NCBI RefSeq assembly: GCF_000143415.4
Contig: NW_003314261.1
Location: forward strand, 4,315,141-4,379,140
Direction of reading: 5' to 3'
Source: Selaginella moellendorffii
Taxonomy: Eukaryota; Plantae; Lycopodiophyta
DNA length: 64,000 nt
The notes beneath the pieces are model-generated. The model was not told the origin of the DNA. It made no database searches and saw only the letters and a program-made list of their open reading frames with translations. The position numbers and the translations under genes were made by a program. This document shows, one piece after another, positions 47,921-58,367 of this stretch (positions are counted from its first letter, which is position 1; each line of letters opens with the position of its first letter).

Positions 47921-49956
47921 CTAGTCGAAGATTTTCTCTCCCGTGGCACAAGAATTCCAAAACAGCGTGCTCACAATGTACATGCCCGACGTAAGTAGCA
48001 AAACTGCTTGAAACGATCCAAGCCACTGGACCAAGTAGCCAGTTCCCACCGTGCTCACGATGGCCGCGAATGTTCCTGCCGTGTTTGACAAGCCTGGAAA
48101 GACGGACACCACATAAGTTGTCTCTCGAAAGAAACCATGGCCAAAGCTTACCGTGAAGAACTCCTGCGTAGCTTGGTGCGATCTCCTGTAGCAAGCACCC
48201 AAGAAAAATCAGATCTTTATATCAAAGTTGGGTCTTGATCTGACCTGGTAGTTCACCAAATAACCAGCTTGACTGAAGGCACTCAAGGCAACCGCGATTG
48301 TCAGCCACGTAGAAGCAATCGCCGGGTGTCGAGTAGAGTTTAATCCAATCAGTGCAACCGCAGGGCCCAGAAAACCGATGGACTGCATAGAGAAAGAAAC
48401 AAGGATTAAAGATGCCAACCATCATAAAAGTAGCACTTTGCGCTTACCTGCATGATCTTCCTAACAGTCAAGACGCGCATGCCCGACGAGATCATCAGGT
48501 CGGACCAAGCTCCAGCAAAGTAGCCGGAAGCAGCCATTGTCGCCCATGGAACTGCGCTGAACCACGCGGCTTGCTTAAGATTGACCCCCAGAACCTGTAC
48601 TTACAAAAGACAAAGAAGAATTTAGAACGAAATTCGAGACCAAAACTCTGAATTCTTTCTACAATACGTACTCGATTGAAGTACACGGGCATCCATGTCA
48701 AGATAATGAAATAGCCCTGCAACCGAACGAATGCCTTAGAAAAAGAAGAAGATAAACAAAAGAAAATTAAGCTTTTCTCACCCAGTTGTTCATAGCATTG
48801 GCAGCTATGATAGCCCAGCTCGGAAGTTTTGATAGCAGCAGTCGGAATGGTGGCATAGCCACCCGAGCCGTCACTTTCCTCTTGTCAGTTCCATTCTGGA
48901 TGAAGAGAAGTTCGTTCCTAGTGATCGTCCCGTGGTTTTGCGGGTCTTTGGAGATATGCATGTACCAAAGCGAAAGCCAGGCCAGTCCCACCGTCCCAAA
49001 TGCGTAGAACGGGCCATCAATGCCGAACCTCGACATGAGTATCGGTGTGAGGAGAAGGCCGGAAACGTTTCCGAGGTGAAAACCCCCCATCGCAATCGCG
49101 ACGGCTTTTGCTCGCTCGGAGCTCGGAAACCATCTGTTACGAAAAAATTAAAAGAAGTCGTCCAGCTTTTAGCAGAAGTTTAGAAGTTCGCTCAAGACAA
49201 ACCTGGAGACCATGTTGTTCATGCTAGGCATTGCTACTCCCTCTGCCAGGCCCATAAATACACGCACTGCTAAAAGCAAACCCAGAGACCGAGAAGCTGC
49301 CCAGGGAGTTATAAGCGTGGCTATGGACCAGAAGAAAACCCCCCATCCCATAACGCTCTTTCCGCCAAATCTATCTGCTAGAGCTCCACCGGGAATTGGT
49401 GACAACAAATATCCCCACAGAAAGGAAGACTGCAAGCGAAAAGTAGCAGCAAAGTTAAGACTCAACAATCGCAAAAGAGGAACTTTTCTGCTCTTACCTG
49501 AATAATTCCTGCAAAGCCGCTGCTCCAGTTGTGAGTAGCTGAGAGAGGGACAATAGCTACAGACATGATCACCCGAACTGCATTGCAAAGTCCCATCCCA
49601 AAGGCTAGCATTGCAGCCACCTTTATCCTTTCCGAGCTCAGCAGCGACAAGCCTGGAGCAGTGGACACGGCCCACTCGCGGGCAGCTAGAGCAGCCGAGG
49701 AAGGATCCGTAAAGTCCAAACTCTCCTCCGAAGAGATCACCTGAGCCTGACTTAAGAAATTCTCCCTCGTAGCTGTGCCAGCGCGAACATTTCTCGAGCT
49801 GTTGCCGCTGCTGCTGTCAATGTGCCTTGCACCAGTCGCGAGTCTTTTTCTCCTCCTCAGCGAGTAGACCCCTGGAGCAGCGAGGAACTGCTTCGATCCA
49901 ATCCCACCCAGCCTCGCCCCCAAAACACCAGCATGCGCCGCCTTTGCACACTCCAT
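47921..49956 (-). CDS. Plastid PHT4/ANTR anion transporter (PHT4;2/4;3-like), multi-exon
   Basis: Transit peptide, LCNA.RVIMSVAIVPL, QSSFLWGYL.SPI.GG.LADR.GG, GLAEGVA.P.MN, EIAP.YAG.LHG, ATGEKIFD. Confidence 0.92.
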
Positions 49957-50786
49957 CCCGGATGCGAGTGGATCAGAGCCACCACGAAAAGCTCGTTGGC
50001 TCAAGCACCAAAGTAAAAATCCACCTGGTGCAGTAGATGAGATAAGAAAATCTAGCAACTTGCAAAACAAAGATATATACGCTTGGCACTCCGGCGCTCC
50101 GGTGGAGCAAATTCACGTGCTTAGTTTAATCACCTGCCATTCCAATCCACATAGTCAGCCCAGCGAAAAGAGAGTTAAAAACCGAAAGAACAAACACATC
50201 GAACAACTCACTCACCTACTGAAACAACAGCAACGTGCCTCGTTGACCACCTTACAACAGCATGATCTGTTCGCAACGTAAAAGGTGGAGTACCAAAGAA
50301 GCTTATCCGGATCTCAACTTGCGCGAGAGGGCGATGTGCCATCCATCGCCTCGTTAAATGCAAGTGCCTGTTTGGGAGCGAAGTATCTGAGTCGTCTCTC
50401 TTGGCAGCCTTTTGGGAAACCGAGTATCAGCACCACCAGATGGAACGTCGACCAAGTGATAACCTGGATTTCACTCCCGCTTCTCCATTTTAGTGCCGTC
50501 ATTCTTCCTTGACTTGTTCTTGAGCTCAACTACGCAGACACACGGGTTTGATGCGCATACGTCTTCCTGGCACCTCGAATATGACTTGAGGCTGAGTAGT
50601 AGTTTCCCGTCGACTGTTGTGTGTAAGAAAGGCGTCCACTCGAGCATCTGTAAAGGGGGCTCCTCGTTTTTGTTTGCTTGTGCTGGTCAGCTCCTTGTAA
50701 GTGAATTACAGATTCCAAATGCCACTTGTCAGCTTTGCTGTGTTGTCGTTACGAGATACCTTTCGGAGTGACAAATGCTTTCCTGT

Positions 50787-51703
50787 TTAGTGACCAAAGC
50801 TTCGCCAGAAGGCTCTCAACACTTCGCCGTCAACGAAAGGTCTCAAGGCCCACAGGGTACAATAGCTCTCGAGAGCTCCGGAGCGCGTCTCAAGGCTCAA
50901 GTCGTCTACAATTCTAGCCTGTCATTTGCAAAAGAATATCAAAACCAAAATCATTGAAACACGTATGAATTTACCTGCATTTCATAGTCCTGTTCGAGCA
51001 TGGAGTACACAAGAGCCATCGTAGTGATTGTCTTCACCTTGTCCAGCATTTTTGAATCATCACCATCTTGCAAGGAAGAATTTAGTTTCTTGGTTTCATC
51101 GGGTATACCATCGATGAAGACTTCTGTAAAACCATCTAGGATTTTTTTGAGGACTTCCAAGCATCCGCGCACTGCAAAAAGTAAAAGAACAAAGTTGTAG
51201 AGCAGGCGCTTGAAACATATCACGAAAAATTACCAAACTTCACATGATCTCTCAGAGCTTTGATCGAGTTGTTCACTGGAGAAGACAAGAAACACGGGTA
51301 GTACATTGGAATCGAGAGGCCAAAGAAAAGAAATACTCACGTTTAGTGATACTGGATTTGTCACTGCTGCGATGCCGGCAGCCTGCTTCGATGTATCTCG
51401 ACAATCTCACACTCTTATTCCTCGCAAAAATCCCCTTCAAAACCGCGGAGCTCTCCGCGAACGATGGCCTGCGGAGCATTTCTAAAACACTCATCAGAAC
51501 ACAACTAAAACAGTTTTACAAGGAAAAGCTGTACCGAGATTTTGCTGAAAACCAAGCAGCATCTGTGCGCTCGATCGCTGCGAACTCTCCAGCGCGATCC
51601 CTCTGCGACACCATTGCCAGTAAAAATCTAAACTAAAGAATGGAAAATGTAGCGACTACCTCTTCACGAACTCCTCCAAGGCGCCGCCTTGCTCCGACTC
51701 CAT
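50787..51703 (-). CDS. Conserved plant protein of unknown function, multi-exon
   Basis: Spliced frame FQQNLEMLRRP...RL.RYIEAGC...VYSMLEQDYEMQ.RIV..LSL...SG.LESYC.LW.LRPFVD, a pattern recalled from uncharacterised land-plant proteins. Confidence 0.72.
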
Positions 51704-53444
51704 GAACAACCCTAAACCCTCCTCTCAAAATGAAATAATATGTTTCATCATTGTCCTTGGAGAAACCGAATGGATACCGATTCGTACGCGGATTTCTCTC
51801 TCTGTTGGACTGGGACTACTTGGGTGTAAATTTTTTGCTCTTGTTCTTCTCCTCCTCCTCCTTTTTCTTATTGTTTTGATACGATCTTTGGTCTTTGCTC
51901 TTGTCTCACTTGCTAAACAAACGAAACCACGTCGCTTGGCAGTAACAGAACAGCACCTGGCGTATTAGCAGCAGCCAAACTTCCTTGAAATCGTTGCAAA
52001 TTTAATATTCGTATGGGTCTTCCAGGCTGGGCTCGCGTGGTAATCTGGGTTTTGCCAGGAAGAACAACCCAAGAAAAAAAGAAAAATGAAAGCTATAAAA
52101 CACAAAAACCAATGCAATCCGAATCCAGATCAATCCAACCATGATTCCCACAAAGAAGAAAAATATCTATCGAGCTTTTCTTGCGATGGTGTGTCTTTGT
52201 TAATCGTCTCGATCACACTCTAACCACACTGACGCATTGTTTTAAGCATTTCCATTGTTTTTTCTACTTCTACACACACTGTCCACGGAGAAAAAACAAA
52301 AGAACCAGCCTGCCTTTACGTTATTTCGCTCCTGCTGCGAGCTTTTAAGTATGTGACGACCACATCCAGATTGCCACACTTGACAAAGGAAAACAAAACA
52401 AAACAAAAAAACTGCCCAGCTTGCGAGTGGATGGAAATGCTATGAAAACTTTTGCCTCGCGTGATCGGAAGTTTCAGAAGCTGAAGAAAGAATAGTTAGC
52501 TTGATCACGCTGGAGCCATGAAAGATTATAAGTTTTTTGATCGATCGATCTTATGTGTCTTTCACTTTCTCTTCCAGCTCTTTCTTTCTTCCCGCCCTCG
52601 ATGAATGTCGCGGATGGAGACGACTTTAAACTCCAATCCTCTCCGCTGTCACAAAACACGGATCACTCAAACGCTCGCTCCCACTTCTCTCTCACTCGCT
52701 TGTTTTGACGTGAATATATACGCTCAGTTCCATCGATCCAACCAAGCCTTCCCTGTGCTCTTGCCAGTTCTCCCACCAGTTCTTCCTCTCTTTTTCTTTC
52801 TTCCATCAAGTCCACAGACGTTACAGTTCCATGTTTTAATGGTGTTTGCAGGCAATAGTGTCTTACACGCGCATATTCCACTGCCAAGACTCTCCCTCTT
52901 TCACTCGCGCATAATAGACCACCTGACTGGTTATAATCAAGCATTAAATCGATAAAATAAGTTCCTTGGCAGCAATGGCTATGGCATCGCACTCACCTCA
53001 TTCATTCTTTCGCATGCTAAATAAGCGCGAAGGCTTCACTCACAATTACGCTTTTGTTATTCCTTTCGAGGTCAACAAGGAAGGAAGAATTTCTTTTTAA
53101 GTACCATCGCATTCGCCGCGACGCGATCGCACCGCTTAAGCCGAGTTTACGTCCCTCTCAAGCTCTCACACACCGAGATATCTCACGCGCCAGCCAGCGG
53201 CTAAACGGGAGAGCGGAGAAGAAGCTAGAGCTCTAGGTGGCTAGCAGCGTTAGATTTTCGATCTGACACACACAAACACTCGCACACCTCCAATCCAAGT
53301 TTCAGAGTTTTGGAATTTAGATCGCTCACTAGTGGTATTTACAAAGTTTTTCCTGTGTGCAGGATTCACAAGGATCACTGGTGTCACAGTGAGGAGACTC
53401 TCTACAGAACTTGTCACAAATCTTGTGTCAAAGATCGATTTTTT

Positions 53445-54689
53445 CTAAGCCAGCAGCCAAAAGTTCTTTTGCCACTTGCTGTTGATGAGATATCCTCCGC
53501 AGTGTTTGCTCTTCCGCCGGACGGACAGCGTGAGGCAATCGGCGTGCTGGATGCAGTAGTCTATGGATTGGTCGTCTCTGTTCCATCTCAAGCACCTGGA
53601 ATTAAGATAAGAGTTCTCTGAGCGATCAAAGATTCTGGCAACGCAACTTGTGGAAAGCACTAAAACTCATGGAAAGGACTTTTAATGCGCAGGAGGAGCG
53701 AAGTACCTCTGGAAAAAGTTGAGCTTCTTCTGACCCAGTACGAGGATCGACGCGTCCAGCTTCTTGGCTTGGCGGACGATTGTCGGCCCCCTCTCGCCGG
53801 CGACCACCACCACTTCCACATCCACCTGACGAGATCCATCATCACCAAGTTTAGAGGCCAAGAACACTCATCGACAAAAGCAAAAGATCTCGCAAACCTC
53901 GGGTTGACGCAGCGCGCAAAGATTCTTGAGCGAAGCGATGAGCTCGCAGCCTTTCTCCTCGGATCTCAGCCTCGTCTTATCCGAGACAATTGCTCGCGAA
54001 TCTGCCAAGATCATCGAAACAACACGCGAGTAAGACACCCACATTGTCTGGATATGGCGACAACCTTGCGAATCGTAGACGAAGGGCTGCGAAGAACAAG
54101 GAGTGGAGTACAAGACGTGGAGGAGCGTCACAACGTCGAGCTTGTGGACAACGTGAGAGAGCGCCCAGAGGAGCGCCGTCTTGGCCTCGCGGGAATCGTC
54201 CACCACCACCATGACGCGCTTCCTTGCCACCGCTTGCACGCCATGGAACGCTGCTCCTCCTCCTCCACCTCCGCCCCATTCCTCGCCATGGACGCTGGAC
54301 GATCTAATCGACGCGCTGGGCGCGATCGCCGTGGCGATGGCGCCGCAGGTGCTGCCACTGCTGGAGCAAAAGCTGGAGCTGCTAGTGGCCGCTGTTCTTG
54401 ACGAGCCCGAGGAGGAATCGGTGGACTCCACCATCATGGCTCGCTCCTCCTCTTCCTGTACTTCTTCCATCTCATTCTCCTTCACATCCTCTCCATCGCC
54501 GCGCGCGTGAGCTGCATTGGAGGATGAGAAGCAGAGCTCCACCAGGCGAGCTCGCTTCATGGCGCGGTGGAGGAATGGCTGCTCTTGCTGCTGCTGGCGC
54601 TGCTGCGGCTGGTTCTTCTTGCTCCACGCCGGGAATCCAACAATCCATGGGCGCCGGCTGCTACTACTCCTGCCCATGAATGGTTTCAT
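53445..54689 (-). CDS. Universal stress protein A-like (USP) domain protein
   Basis: RVMVVVDDS.EAK.AL.WALSH, GPTIV.QAKK....LVLGQKK, YCIQ.A.CLT..VR.KS...GGYLI..K.QKNFWLLA. Confidence 0.9.
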
Positions 54690-55166
54690 CGATCGCTCTT
54701 GCCAAGAAAGAGCCAAGGAGAGAGAAGGAGAGAAACAAAGAGTGGAGCGAGAGCTCCTTTCTTGGCTTGCAAGCGAACAAAAAGAAATAAAGAAGCTAAA
54801 AGCCCAGAGGAGAAAGAGAAAGCCCCTCTCTCCAGCGAGAGAGAGAGGGGATTGGTAATCGATGTCTGCTAGCACCAGCGCAAAAGTGAACCGCATGGTG
54901 TGCCCGTCGTCCTCGCGCGCCTGGTCGAGCGAGACAAACTGTCCCGGGAAGAAACCGACATAGCCCGCGCGCTCGCTTCCTCTTTTGCTGTTGGGCGGCC
55001 GCAGTCTCACAAATGCGACCCAGTGAATCGAGAGAGAGAGAGAGAGAGAGAGGAGAAAACGAAGCAGCAATCCCTTTCGCGCTGCCTCTGTTTTTAGGGT
55101 TTATAGTTATTGCGAAAAAGTGGCCCCAATATTTGAGCTGTTACGTCTATGCTTCTCTTAACACCC

Positions 55167-56070
55167 AGGCCATCTCCCCTACGGGATAGATTTCAACAAC
55201 AATCCCATCGGGAGGTTCTCGAATGGCAGGCTTGTCGTGGATTTCATATACTACCATGGATGTTTTGATCTTTTGATCATGAATCTCTGCAGCCCAACAT
55301 ATGTTTCCTCCAGCTTACCAGGGCGCCAACTTCGCGTCGGCCAGCAGCGGAATCATGTCCAACACACATATGGTACGTTAGTATTTTCTTTGGATCGAAA
55401 CAATACAAGATTTCTCTTTTTTGCTCTCCACACAGACCGAAAACTTCAACAAGTTCAAGAGCACACTATAGTTTCCTGGGGTGTTGTGAACATCGAAGAA
55501 ATCTTGACGCCATCCCGCGCTCCTCGCAAGTTGGAGAGAGCATGGATTTCAAGCCGCTATTGTAGGTAGCGGCCATGGATTGCGCTTGCGAGTTGCAGCT
55601 CCCGTCCTCGGCGTTGGCTGGAATGCAGCCTGTGGCGCTGAGGCCCACGATCACAAGCTTGCGAGCTCCATAGCCGTATAGTTTCTGCGAGCAGAAGTCA
55701 CGAATCCACTGGATCCATGCGTGATTCTTCGAAGAGTTTTAGTGTACCTGGATGTGTTGGGAGAACAAGCCGTGGACAAAGGAAGGATCGTATGGCTGGC
55801 TTGTTTCCAGTGCAAATATAAGAGATGGACTTGGAGACGAGATCATTCGTTGTGGCTGGCTGTGTGATCATCATGACTTTGATCATAACTTGTATAGGAT
55901 TCTATGATGCATCGACCGGGTGCTGCCTTGGAACTTGCCAAACTGGTGCCAAGTACTGTAGCGATCGATCGATCCCGGGATGGATTTCCACAACACGGAA
56001 GCGTTTAACGAGATGGCTTCCGGGAAGTGGTGGAGCCTCGCCCATGTCGATCCAATCTCCAATCTCAGTG
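55167..56070 (+). pseudogene. GDSL esterase/lipase pseudogene with internal inversion 55467-55861
   Basis: Plus strand PYGIDF...GRFSNGRLVVDFI, GANFAS, final exon GCC...FH.TEA. Minus strand SISYICTGN and LYGYGARKLVIVGL..TGCIP. Confidence 0.88.
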
Positions 56071-56186
56071 AAAGTGATGATCATGGATCATTTTTTTTTT
56101 TTTTTTCTTCGAAGATTTTGGTTCTTGTTCAACAAACTCCCAAGAGTTCTTTACCAACGAATTAGGTCTTTTGTTTTCTAGGAAGA

Positions 56187-56724
56187 ATGATGCTAGGAGG
56201 AGCATGTGTCGCGCCATCGGTCATTCCTCTTGGGCTTTCATCTCGAGCTCGTTTGGTCAGGCGGCCGCGCTTCGCAAGGTGCTCGACCAATGGATCACTG
56301 CATTCTTTTCCTCCTCCTCCTTCACAGGTAAGAAACGGTGAAAGAGTGTTTCGATTGTTCTAGCTTCTCTTGTGTAGCTTGTAGCGGCACAGGATTTTCG
56401 AACGCGAATGTAAGAATGGCTTCACCCATTTGGGCTTCGAAAATGTTTGGCTCTTTCTTCCCTTCGTCTTTTCAGCTTGGACAGGTTTAGAGGCCTTCTA
56501 TGTTTCTTCAAAGAACAATTCAGTGAGTTTGGAAAGATCGAGTGGCCATCTTTTGACAACACGGTGCGTGGTTTTCTTCCTGAAAAAAACAAAGGAAGAA
56601 AAATTTGATCTTTGCTTTTCAGGTGAAAACGAGCCTGTTTGTCATTGCCTTGTCTTTCGTCCTCATCATCGCATTGACAGCTATGGACTCGGGCTACACG
56701 TTCGTTCTATCAAAGATGTTATAG
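56187..56724 (+). CDS. Plastid SecE-type translocase subunit (SECE2-like); exons 56187-56327, 56378-56409, 56476-56563, 56623-56724
   Basis: Transit-peptide-like exon 1; FFKEQ.SE...IEWPSF..TVKT followed by TM helix and DS. All junctions in frame. Missed by the ORF track. Confidence 0.8.
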
Positions 56725-56841
56725 CTCTCCCTAGATCGACAACTAGATTAAGAGTTTCTTCATTCCTCTAGTTTTGTCAAGCTCTAAGATGGTACACTTC
56801 TCTTTTACAGGTAGATCATCCTCGCTCTCTTCTACTTGGAG

Positions 56842-57303
56842 TCACTCTCTGATCAATCTTCTTTCGCTCGCTTTGTCGAGCTTTTCTACCATGAGCTTGA
56901 ATGCCACCACGTCACACGGCAATCTGAGGCCTTCCTTGTGATCGAATCCAAACTCCTCGGCAGCTTTCTCGAGCAGCGCCTTGAACCAGGGGTGGCTTAG
57001 ATGCCGAGCGCTCATCACGCACCGCCGCCTCTCCTCCCCGACGTACACCGCCAAGTATCCCTCCGGAACATCGTATGGAGCAGCAGCGCAGGAGGACCCG
57101 TTGTGATCTTCATCGTCGCTGCTGGATCCATTCCAGTCGCTGCAATCCCAGGTGCCGGAGGAGCTATACGAGAAGGAACCGTGTGAGCTGGAGCGGCATG
57201 AGGACGTGCTCAAGCTCACAGATCTGGCAAAGATGGACGAGCTGGCCCTGCATCTCCGCCGCCGCTGCAGCCTCGCCTTGATCTTCTCGACAATGCTAGT
57301 GAT
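56842..57303 (-). CDS. SAUR (small auxin-up RNA) family protein; start codon unresolved
   Basis: DVPEGYLAVYVGEERRR.V.....L.HP.F..LLEKAAEEFGF...GL.LPC. Confidence 0.85.
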   Translation of the reverse strand: MTSIVEKIKARLQRRRRCRASSSIFARSVSLSTSSCRSSSHGSFSYSSSGTWDCSDWNGSSSDDEDHNGSSCAAAPYDVPEGYLAVYVGEERRRCVMSARHLSHPWFKALLEKAAEEFGFDHKEGLRLPCDVVAFKLMVEKLDKASERRLIRE

Positions 57304-57350
57304 CGCCAGGCAACAATGACACTCTAGATGGAAAACAGTGGAAGAACAAA

Positions 57351-58367
57351 CTAGAGAGAACAAAATGAAAGCAAAGAAAGGAAAGAGGACGAATACTTCT
57401 TTTCGAGGGTCGGCTTTTGGCTGGCCGTGTATATATGCGAAGGCAGAATACAAAAGGAGAAAGATTTGTAGCTTGTTTGTCCTTGGATTTCCCTGTAGAG
57501 CACGATCTTTCTCATTCTCTCACTGTCTGTCTCTCCTTTTATTTTTTGGATCATCGTTGTTGCACATACAACATTCCAGCACGGAAGACACTTGAAGCAC
57601 CTTTTGCACAGGTCTATATTTCCAGAACGGAAGTACGCGTTTAAAAGGCTCGCCCAAGACACGATGTCGTGCTCGGGCATGGTATCAAACGCACACTTTG
57701 CCTCCTCAATATGCCCCGCTACGGCATGTACCGCAAGCAAAGCATTCCACGTCACGAGGTTTCGCACGGGCATCGTACGGAAAAGCTGCAGGGCCTGGTT
57801 GATGCATCCGTACTGTGAATATGCTTCCAGCAGAGGCGTGCAAGAGAAAACATCCCACTCTGGCATATCGTCGAAGATTTTCTTGACGCCATCAAGGTGC
57901 CCGCAAAGGGCATTTGCTGCGAGCATCGTGTTGAAGGAAACGAGATCTACCACTGGCATCAAGTCCAGCGATTGCTGCGCGCTCTGGAGATCGCTGGAGA
58001 GAGAAAAGAGGTCCAGCATTGTGTTCCATGAGACCATGTCGCGGCAAGGGATGAGATCAAAGAGGCGGCGCGCTTGGTCGAGATCCCCGTTTTGGGTGTA
58101 GGCCTTGAGCATGATGTTCCAGGAGAACGTGTTCGGGCACGGGATGCTATCGAAGACCCTGCGCGCTTCCTCCGGGCGCCCACAACGCCCATACAAGTGG
58201 ACCAGGAGATTTCCCAGGAATCGATCGTCACGGAGCTGTGCCGAGGAGGATATCTGCGAATGGAGCTGGATTCCCCGGGCGAGATCCCTGGAATTGGCAC
58301 ACGAGCGCAGAAGTGAGGCGCAGCGCTCTCGGATCTCGTCCAGAGTCTCGCCCCCATGAAAAATCAT
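57351..58367 (-). CDS. 3'-truncated PLS PPR gene (repeats stop near 57555; possibly pseudogene)
   Basis: Same N-terminal L-S start as the other PPRs and about 7 S motifs, then non-PPR read-through. Confidence 0.75.
   Translation of the reverse strand: MIFHGGETLDEIRERCASLLRSCANSRDLARGIQLHSQISSSAQLRDDRFLGNLLVHLYGRCGRPEEARRVFDSIPCPNTFSWNIMLKAYTQNGDLDQARRLFDLIPCRDMVSWNTMLDLFSLSSDLQSAQQSLDLMPVVDLVSFNTMLAANALCGHLDGVKKIFDDMPEWDVFSCTPLLEAYSQYGCINQALQLFRTMPVRNLVTWNALLAVHAVAGHIEEAKCAFDTMPEHDIVSWASLLNAYFRSGNIDLCKRCFKCLPCWNVVCATTMIQKIKGETDSERMRKIVLYREIQGQTSYKSFSFCILPSHIYTASQKPTLEKKYSSSFLSLLSFCSL
57430..57533 (-). promoter_or_regulatory. Possible SAUR promoter: TATA-like 57430-57436 and AuxRE TGTCTC 57528-57533
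   Basis: Motif matches at plausible spacing upstream of a SAUR. Short motifs, so weak evidence. Confidence 0.35.

Noticed and set aside
50285-50771. Short ORFs between PHT4 and the upstream gene
   Set aside because: No recognisable motif or consistent splice model.
51800-53250. Possible miRNA, TAS or small-peptide locus in an unusually long intergenic stretch
   Set aside because: No conserved miRNA or miR390 site recognised; only an 8-bp inverted match (CTGCCAAG) and an unrecognised 109-aa ORF. Needs RNA data.
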